Positions 9,700 to 17,717 of a stretch of DNA of 26,361 nucleotides are shown in pieces; positions within the stretch are counted from its first letter, which is position 1, and the number at the start of each line of letters is the position of its first letter. The stretch lies in assembly GCA_013202515.1 (NCBI GenBank), contig JABMRN010000207.1:1-26361 (forward strand), in the 5' to 3' direction. The DNA is from Candidatus Omnitrophota bacterium (lineage in GTDB: Bacteria; Omnitrophota; Gorgyraeia; JABMRN01). The position numbers were made by a program, and so were the translations under genes. Under the pieces are notes generated by a model. It was given only the letters and a program-made list of their open reading frames with translations. It was not told the DNA's origin and ran no database searches.

Positions 9700-10437
9700 T
9701 TACTCTTCGAGAACTAAATAATTTTCTTTAGCATTTAACTTAACGCGAAAATGACTCAAAAAAGACATGCCCAAAAGACCTTCTGTGTCACTGCCGGCTT
9801 GGGCATTGTCGATTATGGCTGCTTTGACATTGTTCACTTTAGCTTGACCAACCGCAAGTGATTCTAATAATATTGGGGTGGCTTCCGCGCGTGAGCCGTC
9901 AGCCAAGATTACCTCTATCTTCCTCTTTGCTTCTTTTCCGCTACTTCCAAGCTTCTCGGCAATCCCCCTTGAAATAACTACCACCGCGGACCCGGTATCT
10001 AATGCAAGGGCGGTTTTGACCTTACCGTTAATAACTACATCGACAACGCCGAATTTATTTCCTACAAATTTTATTTTTTCTATTCCACGCGCCCGCTTCG
10101 CGGAAACACGCTCTTTTTCTGCACGCTCACTACGGTACGCCTTGAGCCGTCTCGCCCTATCTCTCTTTGTCTTATTATACGCTCTATGCGCAGACAGTTC
10201 TCTCTCTTGGTCCGCCTTACTCTCTTGGGCAGTTGATTTCCTAACTTCTTTTATTTGTTCGCGGGAAAGCGTGTAAACAAACTCTCCGTTTAACTTGGTT
10301 ACCACTACAGCATCTTCTGTCTCTTCGGTAATCTCACCGACAACTATTTTACCGTTTTTAAGAATAATAGTTTCGGCAGAGCCATCTAAGCTACCAAATA
10401 TTAGTATTATGATTATGCCAATATATACAGTATACAT
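9700..10437 (-). CDS. Retropepsin-like (clan AA) aspartyl protease with N-terminal signal/anchor
   Basis: C-terminal LDTGS catalytic motif and GLLGMSFL closing motif. Hydrophobic N-terminus, a small beta domain (ETIILKNGKIVVGEI) and a charged linker. Confidence 0.88.
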   Translation of the reverse strand: MYTVYIGIIIILIFGSLDGSAETIILKNGKIVVGEITEETEDAVVVTKLNGEFVYTLSREQIKEVRKSTAQESKADQERELSAHRAYNKTKRDRARRLKAYRSERAEKERVSAKRARGIEKIKFVGNKFGVVDVVINGKVKTALALDTGSAVVVISRGIAEKLGSSGKEAKRKIEVILADGSRAEATPILLESLAVGQAKVNNVKAAIIDNAQAGSDTEGLLGMSFLSHFRVKLNAKENYLVLEE

Positions 10438-10475
10438 GCAGATTCTTTTACCTGATAGTATACATTATAAAGCAA

Positions 10476-10523
10476 AAACTCCCAAGCATATTTTGCCTTT
10501 TTAGCAATTCTGCTAGGGAGTTT
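10476..10523 (-). terminator. Structured element or possible terminator after the 123-aa gene
   Basis: An 8 bp outer stem AAACTCCC/GGGAGTTT encloses a TAGCA/TGCTA hairpin and is followed on the minus strand by a T-rich tail. Confidence 0.4.
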
Positions 10524-10554
10524 AAAGCTCGCTCTTAATTAAGATAATGTTATT

Positions 10555-10926
10555 TTATTCTGCCGGTTTTTCGTCTTGGGCTGCTTTAACCGGTGTTTTC
10601 ACTATGCCCTCAGCGGCATACTTGACTGTCTCAGCTGCATTCTCCAGAGGCTCGAGAACAAGCTCCTTACTTTTAGACAATTCACCTGAGCTAACTTCAC
10701 CTACGCGCTTAACCTCTGTAGTAACTACGCCTGTAGCTCGCTTGCCAGTACCAGCTATAACATCTACCGTTTCTTCAGTAAAATTCGCAGGGTAGTTGAA
10801 TAGCTTCTTCCAGAAGCTCTTAAACTTGCTTCCGAAAGTCTGTTGCTGCTGCTCTTGGCACAAGACTTGAGAGGCAAAGCCAAGCAAAGTCATAAAAACT
10901 ACAATAGCTATAATTCCTCTTTTCAC
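10555..10926 (-). CDS. Small secreted hypothetical protein, probably amphipathic-helical
   Basis: GTG start with a strong AAGGAGG RBS, a signal-peptide-like N-terminus (MKRGIIAIVVFMTLLGFASQVLC) and its own promoter. Confidence 0.8.
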   Translation of the reverse strand: MKRGIIAIVVFMTLLGFASQVLCQEQQQQTFGSKFKSFWKKLFNYPANFTEETVDVIAGTGKRATGVVTTEVKRVGEVSSGELSKSKELVLEPLENAAETVKYAAEGIVKTPVKAAQDEKPAE

Positions 10927-10953
10927 GTTTTCCTCCTTTGTTTACCTTTCTCT

Positions 10954-10982
10954 ATTATACTCCATAGATTAATAAAAAACAA
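10954..10982 (-). promoter_or_regulatory. Sigma70-type promoter for the 123-aa gene
   Basis: The minus strand reads TTGTTT-N17-TATAAT. Confidence 0.6.
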
Positions 10983-10996
10983 GGTGCATCAAATTG

Positions 10997-12085
10997 CTAA
11001 ACGGCAAAATATGGCTTGAGATCGACTTTAACCCAATCTTGGAAATCGGGAACTTTAATATCTAATGTCAAGTCCTCGGGAACAGCAACCACCTGGTAAA
11101 TTGTCTTATCAAGATGAGTCGCGCCGCCTTCGGCTATGGGCATATCTAAAATATTTTTCATGATTTCTCTATTGAAGCTGCCTTTATATTTTTCGCCGAG
11201 CTTAAGAAGGTTTTTGCGCCTTGTTAGGGTACGTTCTGATACATCGAATATCGGTTCAGGAATGCCCCAAGAAGGATCAATATAGTGGTTGGTTGACACA
11301 AGCAATCCGTCGCGACCAGCCTTCCTGCACCGGACGCCAAACGGCGGCCACTCATAAGAATAGGCGGCTTCTTTATCCGCCATATTTGCTATAACTGGGC
11401 CGTTTGATTGTGTCTTCTTGATAGCAGCGTCAAAGCTCTTCATATCCGAACAATCAAGCAAGAACGCAAGTTCATTCATAAGTGCGTGACTGATGTCCGG
11501 CCGAAAGGTGGTACCTCCTGAAGCAACAGCTTCATTGTTTGCTAAAAAAATACCAGCTTTATTCATTGCCGTATTTACGCTAATCTGTCCTATGTGGCCA
11601 AAACTTGCGGTAGGAATGCTGCCATCATCGGGCTTAATCACAAGCAGTGTGACAAAGTCGCCGAACTTCTTATAAAGTTCAGGGTAATCAAAATTCCTTC
11701 CGAAAACAAGCGGGCCTCCTCCGGTGTACTCTCCCCAGCAAGCAATAGTGGAACACCCTGTTACATCTTCCTCAGTTACAAAATGAATAATAAAAGCGTG
11801 ATCAAGTATGATAATTTTCTCAAGATCCATTCCTGATGTTTCCGCCATACCGCAAAAGATTTCCTTAAATCGTTTTGGATATAAATTATGCAAAACCCCT
11901 GTTATTTCTTTTATCAACTCATATGTAAGATCTAGTTCTTTAATGAAATGCTCATTTATAATCAAATCGTAAAAAGCCTTAAGATTATCCTTAAAAAGGC
12001 GACCGTATTCTCTGCCTATTTCTCGGTAATTCCCGCTCAGCTCTAAAATATCGATTTTGCCATTTTTATAAATTTTGCCGCTCAT
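10997..12085 (-). CDS. Peptidase C45-family Ntn hydrolase (acyl-CoA:6-APA acyltransferase-like)
   Basis: GNYREIGREYG N-terminus, Gly110-Cys111 junction (VTG|CSTIACWG), FGRNFDY, MNKAGI and STNHY motifs. Confidence 0.85.
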   Translation of the reverse strand: MSGKIYKNGKIDILELSGNYREIGREYGRLFKDNLKAFYDLIINEHFIKELDLTYELIKEITGVLHNLYPKRFKEIFCGMAETSGMDLEKIIILDHAFIIHFVTEEDVTGCSTIACWGEYTGGGPLVFGRNFDYPELYKKFGDFVTLLVIKPDDGSIPTASFGHIGQISVNTAMNKAGIFLANNEAVASGGTTFRPDISHALMNELAFLLDCSDMKSFDAAIKKTQSNGPVIANMADKEAAYSYEWPPFGVRCRKAGRDGLLVSTNHYIDPSWGIPEPIFDVSERTLTRRKNLLKLGEKYKGSFNREIMKNILDMPIAEGGATHLDKTIYQVVAVPEDLTLDIKVPDFQDWVKVDLKPYFAV

Positions 12086-13752
12086 CCGCTTTCCCTCTCT
12101 ATCAATATTTCTTCTTTAATCACGAAATTTTTCTGAAAATCTGTATCCTTAGTCAATTCCGGCGCCTTAAACTGCGTTTCGTGCGAACCTTCCTTTACGC
12201 GCCTTGTGCGGTATTTTTCAAATTCGCCCTTTTTTACCTCTTTGAGTATGGGTGCCCCTAGCTCCATCCTTCGCCTTGTGTCCTCATATTCCAAATTTGC
12301 GTGGCCCAATTCCATATCAACAGATTTTAAAAAATCTTTTTTCGTTTTCAAGGAAGGATCTCCATCAAACTCGACAAGGAAAATATAGCGGGGTGGCTTA
12401 TCCAACTGGATAGAAGCTGAAAAAAATTTAATTAGCAGATTGACTTTATCAAGGCTTTTATTAACCGCGTCGTGAACCTGTGATGCATAAACCTTTTCCC
12501 CTGTAATCGAAATTGCATTAAGTCCTTTTTGCACAAACTCAATAATGGGCGTTTTGTTATAAAAGCCATCGACCTTGATTATATCATCGATGTCGTATCT
12601 ATATAGTCCTCCGGGTGTGGTTACAATAATAATATACTCGCGGCCCTCTTCCAGTTCGTCACATAATAGTACCCTTTTTTGCTTCTTCCCCATATCTTCT
12701 TTAGGAATAAACTCGTAAAAATTAGTTAAAATTGCAAGAACGCCACCTGCTCCATTATCATTCATGGGTATAGAGCTTCTCATCTCGGTTGACAGACATC
12801 CAAAGTCTCTTATGGGAATATTTCCGAAATATTTAGGCAACTCTTTTAAATACAGCTTTACTGTTCCGCCCTTCCAGGATTCTATCAATTTCATGTTCGG
12901 CCAGAAATCCTTCGGAATAAGCTTGCCTTTTTTCTTAAGGATCGCCCTGAGTTCGTCTGCCCTCTTCTTGTTGGGTTTTAAATTCTTTTCAATTACCTTC
13001 CTTACATCTTCAGGAATATTCCAACCCTTTTCTAGTGTGCCATTTTCTATGTCGCGTATTATCCTATCCTCCCATATATCGATCTTTTGACACAAGAGAA
13101 TTATGCAACTTGGGTTAAGGGTAGCTAAGGTAGTAACATTTTGCTCCAACGCAATCCTTAGCATGCTGTAGTATCTCGAGTCATAATCCTGAATTGAGAA
13201 GATTGTATAAGGAATAGCGTAGTAACGCTTTATGGGCTCGGGTAAATTCACGTAAGCATGCCCGTTCTCTGGCCCGAATGGTATCCCACAAGGCGTATAT
13301 CCTTTTATCTCTGGATCTATTATTGCGAATATTTTGCCGTCTAAAATACTAGGGTAATCTTTATAAATATAGTAGGACCAAAGCTTCATTACTTCTGCTT
13401 TTTTAGCTCTAGAATAAGCTGTAACCGGTATATACTTAGGCTTTCCGGTGGTACCGCTTGTAGATCCGAAATAGCTCACTTTATCTGCGGTCAAAATGTT
13501 TTGTTCACCGTTAATCATTCTTTCTGTGTAGCGCCTAAGATCGTTGCAGTCAATAATTGGGACACGTTCTTGGTAGTCTTTTACAGATTTTATGGAAGAA
13601 AAATCGTATTTTTTTCCGTATTCTGTATGGCGGTTTCGACTAAGATATTCCAACAACGCAGCCTTCTGGTAACTAGCAGGGTCGTTCGTAGCCTTTTCAA
13701 AGGCTTTCGCCTTGGGCGCGAGGGCATTCATTGCAATCTTTGCTATGTTCAT
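12082..13752 (-). CDS. GH3-family acyl-adenylate/amido synthetase
   Basis: QKAALLEYLSRNRHTEYGKKYDF N-terminus, TSGTTGKPKYIP P-loop, FYEFIP, GLYRYDIDD and TGEK motifs. Confidence 0.92.
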   Translation of the reverse strand: MNIAKIAMNALAPKAKAFEKATNDPASYQKAALLEYLSRNRHTEYGKKYDFSSIKSVKDYQERVPIIDCNDLRRYTERMINGEQNILTADKVSYFGSTSGTTGKPKYIPVTAYSRAKKAEVMKLWSYYIYKDYPSILDGKIFAIIDPEIKGYTPCGIPFGPENGHAYVNLPEPIKRYYAIPYTIFSIQDYDSRYYSMLRIALEQNVTTLATLNPSCIILLCQKIDIWEDRIIRDIENGTLEKGWNIPEDVRKVIEKNLKPNKKRADELRAILKKKGKLIPKDFWPNMKLIESWKGGTVKLYLKELPKYFGNIPIRDFGCLSTEMRSSIPMNDNGAGGVLAILTNFYEFIPKEDMGKKQKRVLLCDELEEGREYIIIVTTPGGLYRYDIDDIIKVDGFYNKTPIIEFVQKGLNAISITGEKVYASQVHDAVNKSLDKVNLLIKFFSASIQLDKPPRYIFLVEFDGDPSLKTKKDFLKSVDMELGHANLEYEDTRRRMELGAPILKEVKKGEFEKYRTRRVKEGSHETQFKAPELTKDTDFQKNFVIKEEILIERESG

Positions 13753-15476
13753 AGGCTGTTATTATTTTTTATTGCGTCTTCAAGCGTTTTTCTTCGTATC
13801 TTTCTGGTAGATGTCCTTGGAAATTCGCTATAACGTACTTTGAAATCTACGATCCATTTGTATTGGGCCAGATTTTTGTTTAATCGCTCTATTTCTGACT
13901 TTAATAGCTTCTTTATCCTCTCTTCGCTCTTAAGATCCTCTTTCTTGAGCCGGTCAAGATCCGGAACAACGACTGCATAGACCTCTTCATGCCCCTTGCG
14001 AATCCCTCTATGTGCTATTCGCCCGAGCACAAAGATTTCCTTAACATAAGGGCTTTTTTCCATGACTGCCTCTACCTCTTCTGGAAAAACTTTTTTTCCT
14101 GCCCCAAGCACAATCATATTTTTCAATCGCCCCTGAATATACAAGAAACCATCCTTGTCCAGATAGCCAAGATCTCCGGTATAAAACCAGCCGTCCTTTA
14201 TGGCCTCCTCTGTCTTTTTAGGATTAAGGTAATAGCCCTTCATAAGATGCGGCCCGCGGGTTATAATTTCCCCACCGTCTGCATTAGGATCACTCTTCAC
14301 AATTTTGATCTCTACCCCACCAGGTAACGGCCTGCCTACGCTGCCAAATTTATTATGCTCAAAGGTATTGACTGTAACAACCGGGGCTGTTTCCGTAAGG
14401 CCGTATCCCTGCAATATTCTAAAGCCCATGGCATTTAAATCAACTTCAATGTTGTAATTGAGCGGAGCACCACCGCTTATAAATCCCCTGAATCTTCCGC
14501 CAAATTCTTTATGAATTTCTCCGAATAAAATTTTTCCAACCCTGACATTCATCTTAAGCAATGCCCTAGATAAAGACAATGCCGCATTAAAGGCATTTCT
14601 TTTGGCTGGAGGAAGCATGCTAGCCTTTCTCATAATTCCAGTATGAAACATCTTCAAAACAAGCGGAGCAGAAATCATTGCAGTTGTCTTTGTCTCTTTC
14701 ATGAGCGCAAGCATTGAAGTCGTTTTTAAACTATCGGCGTACGTTACAGAAGATCCCATATAAAGCGGTGCAATTAAGCCGCCTGTTATCTCAAGCATGT
14801 GGTTTAACGGCAGGATGGAAAGAAAGCTATCCGATGTACTGCAATGGAGTATCTCGCTAAAGGCAAGCACTTGAAACAATAGATTCTTATAAGAAAGTTC
14901 GACACCTTTGGCAACCCCTGTAGTACCTGAGGTATAGACTATCACGGCTGTGTCTTCTGGATAAATAGGCTGATATCTTTCTTTTCCCTTGTGCAGTATA
15001 AGCTTTTTTAAAAGTATAAGATCACGCCGCTTGCTTCCATCAAGCAATATTACGTGCTCGAGATGTGGCAGAACAGCCTTAAGGCTATCAATCACAGGAA
15101 GATATTTTTCGCTTACAAATACGCATTTTGTTTGACTGTCATTTAATATAAACTGAATTTCGCTTTCGCTTAATTTTGTATCAAGCGGTACAACAGCGCC
15201 TGCACATGAGATGATACCGAAAAACGCCAAGACCCACTCAGGCCGGTTCTCCGAAAGAATCCCGACTCTGTCGTTTTTATTTATCCCTAAATTTATAAGG
15301 GCAGAAGATATAGTTACAGTCCTTCTGCCCAGCTTTGTAAAGGAAATCTCCTTAAGCGATCCGTCCTTCTTTTTAACCCTTAAGGCAGTGGCATTGCCAT
15401 ATTTTTTGTTTATAGCCTCGAGAACGTTCATGATAGTTAGATTCTCAAGGACTGTCTTTACCATTTTGTTAATCAT
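13749..15476 (-). CDS. Long-chain fatty acid-CoA ligase / AMP-dependent acyl ligase
   Basis: YTSGTTGVAKG, LPLNH, SGGAPL, QGYGLTET, GWFYTGDLG, GRLKNMI and TSTRKIRR adenylation motifs. Confidence 0.92.
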   Translation of the reverse strand: MINKMVKTVLENLTIMNVLEAINKKYGNATALRVKKKDGSLKEISFTKLGRRTVTISSALINLGINKNDRVGILSENRPEWVLAFFGIISCAGAVVPLDTKLSESEIQFILNDSQTKCVFVSEKYLPVIDSLKAVLPHLEHVILLDGSKRRDLILLKKLILHKGKERYQPIYPEDTAVIVYTSGTTGVAKGVELSYKNLLFQVLAFSEILHCSTSDSFLSILPLNHMLEITGGLIAPLYMGSSVTYADSLKTTSMLALMKETKTTAMISAPLVLKMFHTGIMRKASMLPPAKRNAFNAALSLSRALLKMNVRVGKILFGEIHKEFGGRFRGFISGGAPLNYNIEVDLNAMGFRILQGYGLTETAPVVTVNTFEHNKFGSVGRPLPGGVEIKIVKSDPNADGGEIITRGPHLMKGYYLNPKKTEEAIKDGWFYTGDLGYLDKDGFLYIQGRLKNMIVLGAGKKVFPEEVEAVMEKSPYVKEIFVLGRIAHRGIRKGHEEVYAVVVPDLDRLKKEDLKSEERIKKLLKSEIERLNKNLAQYKWIVDFKVRYSEFPRTSTRKIRRKTLEDAIKNNNSL

Positions 15477-15543
15477 TTTTCCCTCTCAAATAAAGGACCC
15501 TGGTTTATTCGTCGTGCCAATGCAGGAATTTCGAGTGATCAAG

Positions 15544-16353
15544 TTAAATCCTTTTTTCAACCCACTTTAAGGCATCTTCAAAAACCTTTTCTCTACCCAG
15601 CTCCATTGTAAGGGCATGACGCATTTCGGGATAAAGGATCATTCTCTTGTCTTTTACTTTCATGCCTTTAAAGATTCTTACACTCGTTGGCGTATCTACA
15701 AACGTATCCTTACCCGAAAGTAAAAATAATACGTGCATCCTGATCTTGTGTTTTAAAATATTGCTGTATACCTGGCCGTTAAGAATGCTGTGTAAAAGCT
15801 TAGGTGTGGCAAATCGGTGCTCCAGCGGATCATCATCTATGATCTTTTTGCATTCCGGGTCCCTGGTACACATATCCGAATTAAACGGCATAGTAAATTG
15901 TTTTTTGGGATTGTGAAAACGAGACAGACCCATCTTTATGTAATCCATAATGGAAAAATTTAACCCACTCGCGAATCCCGGCGAAAAGCATACAAGCCCG
16001 TTAAAAAGTTCAGGTTTTCTTATAGCAGTCATAAATGAAACAAGTCCGCCCATGCTCTCACCAAAAAGAAAAACTTTTTTTCCCTTGTGCTCTTTTCTAA
16101 TTATATAGTGAAGCCTCCGGAGATCCTTAATGTAGGTATTCATAGAATCTACGTGACCTTTTAATTCTTCTGTGTGACCAAAACCTTTAAGCTCTAAGGC
16201 ATACGATGAAATCTGATTCTTGAGAAAGTATTCTGCAAGGTATTCCCAATTTCCGCTGTGCCCACCAAGGCCGTGCAGTAAAAGCAGTATCGCCCTTGGC
16301 TCTGTACAGCCCCATTGCCTATAAAGTACGTTTCTCTTATCACACCTTTTCAA
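15544..16353 (-). CDS. Alpha/beta hydrolase, lysophospholipase/monoacylglycerol lipase-like
   Basis: LHGLG oxyanion motif, GFGH...GHV, GESMGG nucleophile elbow, and candidate Asp (SGKDTFV) and His (MRHAL). Confidence 0.9.
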   Translation of the reverse strand: MKRCDKRNVLYRQWGCTEPRAILLLLHGLGGHSGNWEYLAEYFLKNQISSYALELKGFGHTEELKGHVDSMNTYIKDLRRLHYIIRKEHKGKKVFLFGESMGGLVSFMTAIRKPELFNGLVCFSPGFASGLNFSIMDYIKMGLSRFHNPKKQFTMPFNSDMCTRDPECKKIIDDDPLEHRFATPKLLHSILNGQVYSNILKHKIRMHVLFLLSGKDTFVDTPTSVRIFKGMKVKDKRMILYPEMRHALTMELGREKVFEDALKWVEKRI

Positions 16354-17681
16354 AGCTTATTACTTTCGCCTCTTTTGACGCTTCTTAAATCTTTTGGCAG
16401 CATAACTGTAAACATGCTTCCGGTTCCTGGCTCTGATTCAGCATGGAGCTTACCCCCATGCTTAGTAAGTATCTTTCTAGCAATAGACAATCCTATGCCA
16501 CTACCGGAAACCTTTCCTTTGGCACACTGCTCTACACGGTAGAATCTATCAAAAATTTTACTTAAATCATCAGGAGATATGCCAACGCCGGTATCGCGTA
16601 CCCAAATCGCAATAAAGCCATTCTTCTCGTCAAGCCCGATTTTGACTAGGCCAGACGGCCTATTGTACTTTATGGCATTATCAATAAGGTTTGTAATAAC
16701 TTGGGCAATCTTATCCGGATCAGCCCATAGCTCAATGCGTTTGCCAGGCAAGGTATTGACGAGCGTTATGCTATTGTGCTGCGCCACAGGACCGAATGAT
16801 ATGATGAGCTCTTCAGTCAGAGCTGCCACATCAAACAGTTGCCTGTTCATAAATTCGGCCTTTGAGTCGGCTTTCGCTAAAGTTAGCATTTCATCAATTA
16901 AACGTCTGAGACGGTCAACGTTATGTTCTGCTATTTCTAGAAATTTTCTCTGATCATCATTTACGGAACCTGCTATTTCGCTCAATATGAGATTAACCGC
17001 CTCTTTTATGGATGCAAGAGGAGATCGTAGTTCATGGGAAAGGTCGGAAATAAAATCAAGTCTTGCTGCATCGCGGGATTGCGCTACGTCCAAGATCCTG
17101 GTTGTCTCTAAAGTCGGTGCGGCTATCTGCGCCAAAGCTTCCAGAATATGTTGTTCATTTTCCGTAAAAAAATCTCGCGATACCTTGTTGTTAACATTAA
17201 TAACACCAATAACGCGGCTACTAATCTTAAGAGGCACACTTAGAAGAGAATTCGTATAATACCTACCACCTCTTTTGGAAAATCTTGGATCTTTATCGAT
17301 ATCTTTTATTAGAACAGGCTCGCCTGTCTTAGCTATCCATCCCGAGACCCCTTGGCCCAACTTTACTCTTGTCTGCTTGACAACATTCTCTTCTAAGCCA
17401 CGGGCACACCGTAATACCAGTTCACGACGGCTGTTATCCATGAGCATAATCGATACAATCTCAACTGATATCAAGCTTGAGATTCTATCAACCAGTGTAC
17501 CCAAGCACTGGTCTAAATTGGAGCTATCAGATAGGTCTTTTCCGATGTTATTTGCAGCTTGAAGCTGAAAAAGCGACTTTTCCAAGGAATCGCGCTTTTG
17601 GTTGCGTATGTCTTTTCGCAAACCTTCCCAAATTGAGTTAGCACCTGATTTAACTTTTTGTTTATCTAATTTCCTATTCAT
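16350..17681 (-). CDS. Cytoplasmic GAF-domain sensor histidine kinase
   Basis: GAF domain (GQGVSGWIA...SLLSVPL...IGVINVNNK), H-box SHELRSPL, N-box NLIDNAIKY, G1 DTGVGI, F-box IFDRFYRV and G2 GSGIGL. No obvious TM helix. Confidence 0.93.
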   Translation of the reverse strand: MNRKLDKQKVKSGANSIWEGLRKDIRNQKRDSLEKSLFQLQAANNIGKDLSDSSNLDQCLGTLVDRISSLISVEIVSIMLMDNSRRELVLRCARGLEENVVKQTRVKLGQGVSGWIAKTGEPVLIKDIDKDPRFSKRGGRYYTNSLLSVPLKISSRVIGVINVNNKVSRDFFTENEQHILEALAQIAAPTLETTRILDVAQSRDAARLDFISDLSHELRSPLASIKEAVNLILSEIAGSVNDDQRKFLEIAEHNVDRLRRLIDEMLTLAKADSKAEFMNRQLFDVAALTEELIISFGPVAQHNSITLVNTLPGKRIELWADPDKIAQVITNLIDNAIKYNRPSGLVKIGLDEKNGFIAIWVRDTGVGISPDDLSKIFDRFYRVEQCAKGKVSGSGIGLSIARKILTKHGGKLHAESEPGTGSMFTVMLPKDLRSVKRGESNKL

Positions 17682-17689
17682 TGCATTAT

Positions 17690-17717
17690 ATCATATCATA
17701 GTATTTAAGCAGATCAA
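17690..17717 (-). promoter_or_regulatory. Sigma70-type promoter with extended -10, just upstream of the kinase ATG
   Basis: The minus strand reads TTGATC-N16-TATGAT preceded by TATG-n. An overlapping TGA-TATAAT lies at 17685-17693. Confidence 0.5.

Larger units (their letters stand above)
10483..11018. repeat. Imperfect ~27 bp inverted repeat pair (10483-10509 and 10992-11018)
   Basis: The reverse complement of 10483-10509 (AATTGCTAAAAAGGCAAAATATGCTTG) aligns to 10992-11018 (AATTGCTAAACGGCAAAATATGGCTTG) with exact blocks of 10, 11 and 4 nt. Confidence 0.8.

Noticed and set aside
15477-15543. 67 bp spacer between the lipase and the acyl ligase as a possible riboswitch
   Set aside because: Only a 4 bp CCTG/CAGG pairing and an RBS are visible; no aptamer consensus.
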